59,888 nt of DNA from contig MFPD01000020.1 in the NCBI GenBank assembly GCA_001784115.1, forward strand, positions 1-59,888. The letters are read 5' to 3'. Below, piece after piece: positions 18,937 through 28,201 of this stretch (the stretch's first letter is position 1; the number at the start of each line of letters is the position of its first letter). The notes under the pieces are model-generated. The model worked only from the letters and a program-made list of their open reading frames with translations, made no database searches and was not told the origin of the DNA. Origin of the DNA: Candidatus Levybacteria bacterium RIFCSPLOWO2_02_FULL_37_18. Its GTDB lineage: Bacteria; Patescibacteriota; Microgenomatia; Levybacterales; UBA12049. Position numbers and translations under genes: made by a program.

Positions 18937-20585
18937 AGATTTTTTATCGTTCTAAACAAGTTTATTTTTATATATTATTGTGTATTTTCTTTTTAATAAT
19001 TACTACTCCTGTCATTCTTCCATTTTTTTATAAAGGTTATTTTCCAACCCACGATGGTGAATGGGCAGTTATAAGACTTACAGACATGTATCGGGAGCTG
19101 AAAGATAAACAGATTCCACCCCGTTTTAGTGGAAATCTTAATTTTGGTTATGGGTATCCATTATTTAATTTTACATATCCTTTTCCATATTATGCCGGCA
19201 TAGTAATATACTTACTACATTTTGGTTTTGTTAATAGCATTAAAATATTATTTATTTCAAGTGTTTTATTTTCTGCAGTGAGTATGTTTTTTGTTTCAAA
19301 GACATTGTGGAACAGTACACTAGCCGGATTTATTTCTTCAACCGCGTACGTATATGTTCCATATAGAATGGTTGATTTATTTGTTCGTGGTTCGCTCGGA
19401 GAATCACTATCATTTGCTCTTTTTCCCGCAATACTTTTTTGTGTAATAAAACTATTGCGAACAGGAAAAGATATATATGGTATTTTCTTAGCAATTTTAT
19501 ATGGAATACTTGTCCAAACTCACAATATCATGGCAATTTTTTTTAGTATCTTTCTTTTACTTTTTATTTTAGGCAGCTTATTTTATATTCGATATAAATC
19601 TATAAAGAAAATTGTTTTTTTCTTGTTGTTGGGGGTGGGAGCATCAGCATTTTTTTGGTTACCTGCATTAGTAGAAAAGAAACATATTCTTTTATCTTAC
19701 GTTCCTATTACAGACAGAAGCCTCTATTTTGTTACGTTTTCGCAATTGTTTTTTTCCAAGTGGGGCTATGGTGCTCCTGCAAGCAGTGATGGGTTTACGT
19801 ATCAAATAGGTATTCCATTCGTATTAATTCTTTTGATTACTTTAATAGTGCTTATCAGTAAGAAAAGAAGCACTATTTTCAATACGGTTAATACGCAAGC
19901 TTTAGTTTTGGTTGGAATTACAATTTTATTTTTTCCTCTTCTTTTTAAAGAATCTGAAATTGTTTGGCGTTTGCCATTTCTTTCCGAAATAAACTATCCA
20001 TGGATATTGCTTGGTATGTTAGGGTTTCTCTTAAGTCTTCTAAGCGGATTTGTGGCTGCAAAGCCGTTTTGGAGATTTGTTGCGGTATGTTGTGTTTTGG
20101 TTAACATATTCTTAGTTCTTCCACATGCAAAACCTCAATATTTCGTAGACAGAGGAGACACATATTATATGACAAACGATGCTACGACAACTTCTTCTAA
20201 CGAGCTTATGCCTATTTGGGTTAAAAAATTTCCCTTGCGTCGCCCTGAAAATAAAGCTGTACTTATCAAAGGTAGAGGTTTGGTTGAAACTGAGAAATTA
20301 TCGTCACGTAGAATTACTTTTACAGCCAATTTGCAAACAGACGGGGTAGTTCGTATTAACACAATTTACTATCCGGGATGGATTCTGGAAGGATCTAAAA
20401 GATCAATCGCTTATGATAATCCGCAAGGAGTAATGGAGATACCACTTAGTAAGGGAATGAACAAAATTTCTTTAGTATTTAAAGAAACACTATTTCGATC
20501 CGTCTGCGATTTGCTTTCTTTATTTTCACTTTTTATTATTGCTGTTTTGTTTGTTAAACAAATCAAAGTTCTAAAAGTAAATTAA
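18933..20585 (+). CDS. GT-C-type membrane protein, PTPS-related (HD-motif) family, copy 1
   Basis: THDGEW, PPRF...LNFGYGYPLFNF.YP, PYRMVDLFVRGSLGE, FFWLPALVE, YPW, YYPGW. Confidence 0.75.
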   Translation: MKIFYRSKQVYFYILLCIFFLIITTPVILPFFYKGYFPTHDGEWAVIRLTDMYRELKDKQIPPRFSGNLNFGYGYPLFNFTYPFPYYAGIVIYLLHFGFVNSIKILFISSVLFSAVSMFFVSKTLWNSTLAGFISSTAYVYVPYRMVDLFVRGSLGESLSFALFPAILFCVIKLLRTGKDIYGIFLAILYGILVQTHNIMAIFFSIFLLLFILGSLFYIRYKSIKKIVFFLLLGVGASAFFWLPALVEKKHILLSYVPITDRSLYFVTFSQLFFSKWGYGAPASSDGFTYQIGIPFVLILLITLIVLISKKRSTIFNTVNTQALVLVGITILFFPLLFKESEIVWRLPFLSEINYPWILLGMLGFLLSLLSGFVAAKPFWRFVAVCCVLVNIFLVLPHAKPQYFVDRGDTYYMTNDATTTSSNELMPIWVKKFPLRRPENKAVLIKGRGLVETEKLSSRRITFTANLQTDGVVRINTIYYPGWILEGSKRSIAYDNPQGVMEIPLSKGMNKISLVFKETLFRSVCDLLSLFSLFIIAVLFVKQIKVLKVN

Positions 20586-20591
20586 GGCGAT

Positions 20592-22307
20592 ATGAAAAGA
20601 GTAATTCGTACATTCCACGTTTATGAAAGCGTTTTGGTCCTGATTCTTTTATCTTTTTTTGCTATCAAACCATTGCTTGCGCAGGGTTTTTTTCCAATGC
20701 ATGATGATACGCAAGTAGCCAGGGTATATGAAATGACGAAGTCATTAAAAGATGGTATGTTTCCTGTCCGGTGGGTTCCTGATTTAGGATACGGGTACGG
20801 GTATCCTATTTTTAATTTTTATGCTCCACTTTCTTACTATATAGGTTCATTGTTTAGCCTAATAGGTTTTGACTCATTGACGGCACTAAAAATAATGATG
20901 GGAATAGGAATTGTTTTTTCTGGGATTTCCATGTATTTTCTTGCAAGAGAATTTTGGGGAGAAGTAGGAGGAGTTCTTTCAGGAATGCTTTATGTATACG
21001 CACCGTATCACGCTTTGGAGATTTATGTTAGAGGTGATGTAGCTGAATTCTGGGCATATGCTTTTATTCCTCTTGTCTTTTATGCATTTGTAAAACTTTA
21101 TAAAACACAAGAGTTAAGATATGTTGCAATAGGTTCAATTACATATGCTTCCATTATTCTTTCACATAATCTTACTGGGTTAATGGTTACCCTCTTCATT
21201 TTCGTTGTTCTATTGTTTTATTGTTATTTTGCTTACAAAAGAAGAAAACTGTTTATTGTTTACAGTTTACTGTTTACTGTTTTTGTCGGTTTACTTTTGT
21301 CTGCATTTTATTGGATACCTGCAATCTTAGAGATGAACTATACGAACGTACTATCACAGATTGGTGGTGGAGCTAATTTTAAAGAGCATTTTGTTTGTCT
21401 TAGCCAATTATGGGAAAGTCCATGGGGTTTTGGAGGATCTACTTCGGGATGCATCGATGGCATTTCGTTTAGAATAGGAAAGATTCACACTATTTTAGCA
21501 ATAGTAACTTTTATGTATTCATTGTTGAAGTGGAAAAAAAATAAATATGAATCAAGGGCGTTAGCCGCCGGGTTTTTTGGATTTTTACTTTCCATTTTTT
21601 TACTATTACAAAGTTCTCAGTTTGTTTGGGAAGCTTTTCCTTTTATGTCTTTTTTCCAATATCCATGGAGGTTTTTAATTATGGTTGTATTTTTTTCTTC
21701 TTTTATGTCCGGATATTTTGTACATGAAATGCACGAGATACATAAAGCATCAAAAATAGTTTCTTATATTTTTGTAGGAATTATTATTAGTGGTTTGATT
21801 ATAAATTATGTAAAGCTTTTTAACCCACAATATGTCTCCTCAGATTTGGTTACTAATTACACGAATGAAAAAGCTTTACAATGGACAGTTTCAAAGATTT
21901 CAGATGAATATATGCCAAAGAATTTTAGAAAACCAAATAATGAAAATGAAGTAATTTCTCATAAATTTTACGTTGAAAAAGGAGACGCGGTAATTGTTAA
22001 TAGTCAGGAAAAAACACAGTATGCAAAAGCAGAAATTATCTCAAAATCAGAGTCTATGATCCTAATTCAAACTGCATATTTTCCTGCATGGAAAATATAT
22101 ATAGATAGAGTAAATACTCCTTTTAAGATTACGCAAAAAGGGATGGAAATAAAAGAAAATCCAGGAAAACATGTGATTGAGGTAAAATTTGAACAGACGC
22201 CATTAGAAAAGATAGCTAATCTCATGAGCCTGATCGGGTTATTTTTACTTATTATTGGTATAATAAGAAATAATTTTTTCCTCTTTTATGAAAAGACCAA
22301 CGGTTGA
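20592..22307 (+). CDS. GT-C-type membrane protein, PTPS-related (HD-motif) family, copy 2
   Basis: MHDDTQVARV, FPVRW.PDLGYGYGYPIFNFYAP, YVRGDVAE, QYPWRFL, YFPAW. Confidence 0.75.
   Translation: MKRVIRTFHVYESVLVLILLSFFAIKPLLAQGFFPMHDDTQVARVYEMTKSLKDGMFPVRWVPDLGYGYGYPIFNFYAPLSYYIGSLFSLIGFDSLTALKIMMGIGIVFSGISMYFLAREFWGEVGGVLSGMLYVYAPYHALEIYVRGDVAEFWAYAFIPLVFYAFVKLYKTQELRYVAIGSITYASIILSHNLTGLMVTLFIFVVLLFYCYFAYKRRKLFIVYSLLFTVFVGLLLSAFYWIPAILEMNYTNVLSQIGGGANFKEHFVCLSQLWESPWGFGGSTSGCIDGISFRIGKIHTILAIVTFMYSLLKWKKNKYESRALAAGFFGFLLSIFLLLQSSQFVWEAFPFMSFFQYPWRFLIMVVFFSSFMSGYFVHEMHEIHKASKIVSYIFVGIIISGLIINYVKLFNPQYVSSDLVTNYTNEKALQWTVSKISDEYMPKNFRKPNNENEVISHKFYVEKGDAVIVNSQEKTQYAKAEIISKSESMILIQTAYFPAWKIYIDRVNTPFKITQKGMEIKENPGKHVIEVKFEQTPLEKIANLMSLIGLFLLIIGIIRNNFFLFYEKTNG
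21248..21282 (+). repeat. Intragenic heptamer tandem repeat, 5 units
   Basis: ACTGTTT ATTGTTT ACAGTTT ACTGTTT ACTGTTT. Confidence 0.7.
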
Positions 22308-23016
22308 AATTACCATTCCTGTTTATAATGAAGAAAAAGAACTTGAAGAACACATAAACGTTTTATCTGATTTTTGTGAAAAAAATCTTAAAAATTACGA
22401 TTGGCATATTACTATTGCAGATAATGCCTCAAGCGATAACACACCTATAGTCGCAGCAACAATAGAGCGAAAAAATCATAAGGTTAGTCTTTTTAGGCTG
22501 GAACAAAAAGGAAGGGGTAGGGCAGTAAAAAGGGTATGGAGTAAGTCAGGAAGCGATTTTTGTGTATACATGGATTTGGATCTTTCCACAGATTTAAAGC
22601 ATCTCCCAACCATTTTAAAAGCACTTGAAAATGGATACGATATTACAGTTGGTTCAAGGCTATTAGAAGGATCTGTAGTTGAAGGAAGGACTGTGCTTCG
22701 GGAATTTACCTCTCGAACACTCAATTTTTTATTTATTCGTTTATTTTTTAACACCCATTTTACAGACGCTCAGTGTGGGTTTAAAGGGGTTACAAAACGA
22801 GTAGTGTTAGAGCTTATTCCTAAAATTTTAGACAATGACTGGTTTTTCGATGGTGAATTACTTATTGTTGGTGAAAAAAGCGGATATAAAATTTATGAAG
22901 AGCCGGTTCATTGGGTTGATAATCCGGGTTCGACTGTTCGGCTTTTGTCAACAATTTGGGGAGATATATTAGTAATCATTCGACTTTTAAAGACAAGACC
23001 TTGGAGAAAGCTTTAA
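22288..23016 (+). CDS. GT2, polyprenyl-phosphate glycosyltransferase-like (DPG type)
   Basis: ITIPVYNEE, ADNASSD, KGRGRAV, YMDLDLSTD, DAQCGFKG, WFFDGELL. Confidence 0.85.
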   Translation: MKRPTVEITIPVYNEEKELEEHINVLSDFCEKNLKNYDWHITIADNASSDNTPIVAATIERKNHKVSLFRLEQKGRGRAVKRVWSKSGSDFCVYMDLDLSTDLKHLPTILKALENGYDITVGSRLLEGSVVEGRTVLREFTSRTLNFLFIRLFFNTHFTDAQCGFKGVTKRVVLELIPKILDNDWFFDGELLIVGEKSGYKIYEEPVHWVDNPGSTVRLLSTIWGDILVIIRLLKTRPWRKL

Positions 23017-23023
23017 TATACGT

Positions 23024-24469
23024 ATGAGTGAATCAGATATGTCAACTGTTGCAAGAAGGTCAGCTCACGGTATTTTAGCGCTTGTTTCCAGAACTTTTCT
23101 TCTAAACGTAGTTTCATTCGCATCTTCTCTTATAATTTTTAGTATTTTAACAGCTTCCGATGTAGGAATATATACGGCAGTAGTTGCAATTCAAAGAATT
23201 ATAAGCTTTTTTACTGATATTGGCTTTGGTGCGGCACTGGTTCAAAAAAGAGAGGAACTGAAAGAAGAAGACCTGACTACAAGTTTTACAGTTCAGTTAT
23301 TTCTTACGCTTTCAGTGTTTGCGACAGTTCTTGTGTTAAGTAGTTCTATTCTGTCTTTTTTTCATCTTAATGCGGTTGCCGGGCGATTACTTATTGTTTT
23401 AGTTTTATCAATTGTCTTTTCTTCTTTTAAAACAATACCATCAATTCTTCTTGAAAGAAAAATAGAATTTCAAAAACTGGTTATTCCTCAGATGACTGAA
23501 TCCATTGTGTTTAATGTAATTCTTATTGTGATGGTTTTAAAAGGTTTTGGAATAGACAGTTTCTCAGTAGCATTTTTAGTATCAAGTGTTATTAGTATTC
23601 CAATTTATTTTTATATTTCTCCATGGAAAGTAAGATTGGGACTAAATAAATCATCGCTTACTCATCTAAAATTCGGCTTCGCATATCAGATGAAAAACGT
23701 TCTTGCAACGGTAAAAGATGATTTACTGACAGTTTTGTTGACAAAATTTTTATCATTTGCGGAAATTGGATATATAGGATTTGCTCAAAGACTTTCTTTT
23801 TTCGTATTTCGCTATATTGTTGATTCTGTTACAAAAGTAACATTTTCGACATATTCTCGCGTGCAGGATAGATTGGATATATTGAAAAAAGGAATTGAGA
23901 AATCTTTATTTTTTGTAAGCTGCACGATGTTTCCTATCCTTTTTGGACTGATAGTAACAGGAGGATATATTATTGAATATTTTCCAAAATGGCATGGGAA
24001 ATGGGAACCAGCTATTATTAGTTTAATATTTTTTTCTTTAAATGCTATGGTGTCTTCAATCTCGGGGATTTTAGTAAATGTGCTAGATGCATCCGGAAGG
24101 GTGAAAACTACGCTTAAACTCATGGTGATGTGGACAATTCTTACTTGGGTATTGACTTTGATTTTTATCAAACTATGGGGATACAATGGAGTTGCAATTG
24201 CTTCTTTCTTAGTGACACTTACAATTGTTATCACAGTTCAATTAGCAAGAAGAGTAGTTGACTTTGCATTTTTTAGAAATATATATAAACCATTAATAAG
24301 TTCTGTTATCATGGGAATTGTAATATATTTTTGCGCACCGTATTTTATTTCAAGTTTGTTTAGTCTTATTGTAGTAAGCGCAGTTGGCGGAAGTTTGTAT
24401 ATAATTTTATTATACCTTTTAGCAAAAAAAGAATTACACGAAAACATTAACTTATTTTTTAGATTATGA
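23024..24469 (+). CDS. wzx: Oligosaccharide flippase (Wzx/MOP superfamily, long WzxC-like)
   Basis: 481 aa with many TM segments; DIGFGAALVQK, PSILLERKIEFQKL, KVTFSTYSRVQD. Confidence 0.85.
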   Translation: MSESDMSTVARRSAHGILALVSRTFLLNVVSFASSLIIFSILTASDVGIYTAVVAIQRIISFFTDIGFGAALVQKREELKEEDLTTSFTVQLFLTLSVFATVLVLSSSILSFFHLNAVAGRLLIVLVLSIVFSSFKTIPSILLERKIEFQKLVIPQMTESIVFNVILIVMVLKGFGIDSFSVAFLVSSVISIPIYFYISPWKVRLGLNKSSLTHLKFGFAYQMKNVLATVKDDLLTVLLTKFLSFAEIGYIGFAQRLSFFVFRYIVDSVTKVTFSTYSRVQDRLDILKKGIEKSLFFVSCTMFPILFGLIVTGGYIIEYFPKWHGKWEPAIISLIFFSLNAMVSSISGILVNVLDASGRVKTTLKLMVMWTILTWVLTLIFIKLWGYNGVAIASFLVTLTIVITVQLARRVVDFAFFRNIYKPLISSVIMGIVIYFCAPYFISSLFSLIVVSAVGGSLYIILLYLLAKKELHENINLFFRL

Positions 24470-25380
24470 GTGAGAACAAAAAATTATCAGTTGTAATTTC
24501 TGCATTTAATGAGGAAAAGAGAATTAGGCAGTGTCTGAATTCTATAACATTTGCCGATGAAATTATATTTGTAGATAACTCATCGACTGATTCAACAGTT
24601 GCTGTGGCAAAAAAATATACAAAAAAAATATTTACTCGGCCAAATAACTTAATGCTTAATGTAAACAAAAATTACGGTTTTACAAGGGCGACAGGTGATT
24701 GGATTTTATATTTGGATGCGGATGAAATAGCGAGTGAAGAGTTAAAAAAGGAAATTCAATCAACTATAAATACAGAAAAAGATATTTATGGGTATTGGAT
24801 TCCGCGTAAAAATTTCATATTTAATAAGTTGATTCTTCATGGTGGATGGTATCCGGATTTTCAGATGAGATTATTCAAAAAAGGATTTGGGAAATTTGAA
24901 GAGCGGCATGTTCATGAAATGATTGCGGTAGATGGAAAAACAGAGTATCTACGGCACCATGTATTACACAGTAATTACGAATCTATCTCTCAATTTCTGC
25001 ACAAAGCAACGGTAATCTATGCTCCGAATGAAGCAACGGAGTTGTTAAGAAAAGGATATACATTTAATTTTGTGGATTGTTTTCGGTTTCCTTCAAAGGA
25101 GTTTATGAGTCGATTCTTTGCGAGGGAAGGGTATAAGGATGGTTTTCATGGGTTGATGCTTGCAATATTTATGGCATTTTATCACTTTATTGTGTTTTGT
25201 TTCATTTGGGAACGCCTTGGATTTTCCGATTTTGAAACAAACAAAACTATCTCCTTTGTAAAAAAAGAGTTAGCTGGTATTAAAAAAGAAATGAAGTACT
25301 GGTTAGAGAAAGAAAAGATGAAAAATATTAAAAATCCAATTATAAAATTTGTGATAAAAATTACTTCTCTTTTAGGTTGA
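24466..25380 (+). CDS. GT2, WaaE/KdtX-like glycosyltransferase (copy 1)
   Basis: SVVISAFNEE, LYLDADE, GGWYPDFQMRLF, VHE, GYKDGFHGL. Confidence 0.85.
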   Translation: MSENKKLSVVISAFNEEKRIRQCLNSITFADEIIFVDNSSTDSTVAVAKKYTKKIFTRPNNLMLNVNKNYGFTRATGDWILYLDADEIASEELKKEIQSTINTEKDIYGYWIPRKNFIFNKLILHGGWYPDFQMRLFKKGFGKFEERHVHEMIAVDGKTEYLRHHVLHSNYESISQFLHKATVIYAPNEATELLRKGYTFNFVDCFRFPSKEFMSRFFAREGYKDGFHGLMLAIFMAFYHFIVFCFIWERLGFSDFETNKTISFVKKELAGIKKEMKYWLEKEKMKNIKNPIIKFVIKITSLLG

Positions 25381-26309
25381 TGAAAAATATTTGGATAGTT
25401 ATAGTTAATTACAACACTGAAGAATATGTTAAGAAATGTCTTTCTTCGATAGAGAAATTAGAAAAAGAAAACTTTTCACTTAATACAATCGTTGTTAATA
25501 ATAAATCGGAGAGAAAACCGGTCTTACAACTGACATCATATGTCAGGAAAAATTATCCGGAAATTTTTTTCATTGTTAATGAAAAAAATGTAGGCTTTTC
25601 AGGAGGAAATAATATCGGAATTTCTTTTGCTCTTAAGAAAGGAGCAGATTATGTTCTTCTGTTAAACAGCGACACCTGTGTTCATCCCACACTAATTAGA
25701 GAATTGTTCGAAGTTTTCGAACAAGATAATGCTATTGGAATTGTAGCTCCCAAAATATATTTTGCAAAAGGATTTGAATTCCATAAATCTAAATATAGCC
25801 AAGAAGATCTGGGAAATGTTTTGTGGTATGCCGGTGGAGAAATGGACTGGAAAAATGTTATTGGATTTCATAGAGGTGTGGACGAAGTTGATCACGGACA
25901 GTACGATACCGTTGGGGAAACACAGATTGCAACTGGTTGTTGTATGATAATAAAAAAAGAAGTGTTTAAAAAAGTGGGAATGTTTGATGAAAGATATTTT
26001 TTATACTATGAAGATGCGGATTTGAGTGTTCGTAGTAGAAAAGCAGGATTTAAAATACTTTTTACTCCAAGAGCTTTTTTATGGCATAAAAATGCGTCTT
26101 CCACAGGAGGGTCTGGTTCTGCATTGCAAGATTATTATATAACAAGAAATAGACTGCTTTTTGGAATGACGTATGCGCAATCGAGAAGTAAATATTCTTT
26201 GGTCAAGGAAAGTATGAGAATGCTACTTACAGGAAGAAAGTGGCAAAAAAGAGGAGTGATTGATTTTTACTTGAGAAGATTTGGAAAAGGAAGTTTTTCG
26301 ATTGCGTAA
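25380..26309 (+). CDS. GT2 glycosyltransferase (WbbL/rhamnosyltransferase-like)
   Basis: VIVNYN, NVGFSGGNN, LLLNSD, GCCM, FDERYFLYYEDADL, YYITRNRL. Confidence 0.85.
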   Translation: MKNIWIVIVNYNTEEYVKKCLSSIEKLEKENFSLNTIVVNNKSERKPVLQLTSYVRKNYPEIFFIVNEKNVGFSGGNNIGISFALKKGADYVLLLNSDTCVHPTLIRELFEVFEQDNAIGIVAPKIYFAKGFEFHKSKYSQEDLGNVLWYAGGEMDWKNVIGFHRGVDEVDHGQYDTVGETQIATGCCMIIKKEVFKKVGMFDERYFLYYEDADLSVRSRKAGFKILFTPRAFLWHKNASSTGGSGSALQDYYITRNRLLFGMTYAQSRSKYSLVKESMRMLLTGRKWQKRGVIDFYLRRFGKGSFSIA

Positions 26310-26310
26310 G

Positions 26311-27069
26311 ATGAAGCTGTCTGTTGTAATTATTGCCAAAAATGCAGAAAAACAAATAGGAGAGGCAATTAAATCTTGTTCTTTTGCTGATGAAGTAATA
26401 ATAATTGACAATAATTCACAAGATCAAACTCCTAAAGTTGCTGAAAAACTTGACGCAAAAGTATACGCGGTAGAATCAGACAATTTTTCCGAGTTGAGAA
26501 ACATAGGAATAGAAAAATCAAACGGTGAGTGGATTTTGTATATTGATTCGGACGAACGGGTTACAAAAGAACTGAGTAGCAAAATCATATCACAAATTCA
26601 GAAAGAAACATTTTTCTCAGCATACAGGCTTAATAGAAAAAATTTCTATTTTGGAAATTATGAATGGCCTTATATCGAAAGATTAGAACGTTTATTTAAG
26701 AAAAATAACTTGAAGAATTGGTATGGACAGCTACATGAAAGTCCAATCGTTGATGGTCCAATAGGAGAACTACACGGATTTCTTCTTCATTACACGCATC
26801 AAGATCTAGAATCAATGCTTAATAAAACGATAGAATGGTCTAAAATAGAAGCTGAGTTGCGGTTTAAATCAGATCATCCCAAAATGACTTGGTGGAGATT
26901 TCCGAGGGTTATGATAAAAGCATTTATTAATTCTTACATTACACAGGGTGGTTGGAAAGCAGGAGCAACTGGAATTGTAGAAGGTACATATCAGGCATTT
27001 AGTATTTTTATCACATATGCAAGGTTATGGGAGCTTCAGGAGAAAGTAATGAAGAAGAATGAAATATAA
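26311..27069 (+). CDS. GT2, WaaE/KdtX-like glycosyltransferase (copy 2)
   Basis: LSVVIIAKNAE, LYIDSDERV, RLFKK, LHESP, LLHYT. Start at ATG 26311. Confidence 0.85.
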   Translation: MKLSVVIIAKNAEKQIGEAIKSCSFADEVIIIDNNSQDQTPKVAEKLDAKVYAVESDNFSELRNIGIEKSNGEWILYIDSDERVTKELSSKIISQIQKETFFSAYRLNRKNFYFGNYEWPYIERLERLFKKNNLKNWYGQLHESPIVDGPIGELHGFLLHYTHQDLESMLNKTIEWSKIEAELRFKSDHPKMTWWRFPRVMIKAFINSYITQGGWKAGATGIVEGTYQAFSIFITYARLWELQEKVMKKNEI

Positions 27070-28201
27070 AGTTATCACTTCGGTGCTTGTTATTCTTTTA
27101 TTTTTCAGGGTTAGTTTCCAACTTCTTAATAATATGGAAAGTATTTTTGCTCGGAATTATCATAATAAATATGAACACTTATACTCCAATTACTATTCTT
27201 CTCAGTATGTAAAAAAAGATCACCCGAATATTATTCCAGATAATGCATTGGAAGCATTTGCGGGAGGAATATTTCTCAAAGGTTTAAATCCAATTCTTAT
27301 CGTTCATGATCAACCTCCGCTTGGAAGATATATTATTTCCTTTTCAATCCTTCTTTTTGATAATGTAAGTACGATTCCAGTATTTCTTCATTTACTTTCA
27401 GTAGTTGGATTACTACTCATTTCAAAGAAAATATTTAGAAAATTTTTACCCGCTGTTATACCAGTAGGAATTTTTGTTAGTCAATCTTTTTTTCTTAATG
27501 AAATGAATGTAGCACCAACTTTGGAACCTATTCAGTTGCCATTTATTATTTTTTCTTTATATTTTTTTATAAAAGGGATTGAGGAGAAAAAAGATATACC
27601 ATGGTTTATTCTTTCTGCGATTATGGTAGGCTTTGTCATTAGTATTCGCTTTTTTAGTCTTGGGGTTGCGCTTGTTGCTTCAATGAGTTCGTGTATTCTT
27701 ATTACAGAAAGAATGAGAAAAAAAACAATTCATTTTTTTTTGGTATTACCATTATCGATACTTGTGCTTCTTTTATCCTATACGAAAACAATAGTAAGCG
27801 GATATTCTATACTACAAATTTTTGGGATACAAAAATACATGCTTTTATATCACCAATCTAAATTTACTTTACCGTTAACTGTTTGGGATCTTCTCATGTT
27901 TAATAGATGGCATACCTGGTGGGGAAATCGTGCAATATCAAAAGACCCCGAGTGGTCAGTTTTCTGGCCAATATCAACAATACTTTCATTCCTTAATATA
28001 ATTGGATTTAGTCTAAAAAAGTTCCATCTTAGTATATCAGAAAAAGTACTTTCATTTTGGATAGTTTGGTATATGATTTTATTGTCACTAGGATATTCTT
28101 CAACTCGTTATTTTTTGCCATTAATTCCCTTTTTGTATATGTTAGGTTTTGCAGTACTGTATAAACTTTTTAATAAATTTCGAAAATCTCACGATGATTA
28201 A
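27059..28201 (+). CDS. GT-C-type membrane glycosyltransferase (distant member of the GDDGLY family)
   Basis: YYSSQY, IPDNALEAFAG, DQPPLGRYII, WHTWWG, EWSVFWP, TRYFLP; colinear with 8753 and 10723. Confidence 0.65.
   Translation: MKYKVITSVLVILLFFRVSFQLLNNMESIFARNYHNKYEHLYSNYYSSQYVKKDHPNIIPDNALEAFAGGIFLKGLNPILIVHDQPPLGRYIISFSILLFDNVSTIPVFLHLLSVVGLLLISKKIFRKFLPAVIPVGIFVSQSFFLNEMNVAPTLEPIQLPFIIFSLYFFIKGIEEKKDIPWFILSAIMVGFVISIRFFSLGVALVASMSSCILITERMRKKTIHFFLVLPLSILVLLLSYTKTIVSGYSILQIFGIQKYMLLYHQSKFTLPLTVWDLLMFNRWHTWWGNRAISKDPEWSVFWPISTILSFLNIIGFSLKKFHLSISEKVLSFWIVWYMILLSLGYSSTRYFLPLIPFLYMLGFAVLYKLFNKFRKSHDD

Noticed and set aside
18933-22307. Pterin or queuosine biosynthesis link between the PTPS-related proteins and yhhQ
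   Set aside because: These are polytopic membrane proteins without the soluble T-fold QueD/PTPS motifs; the family name is not functional evidence.
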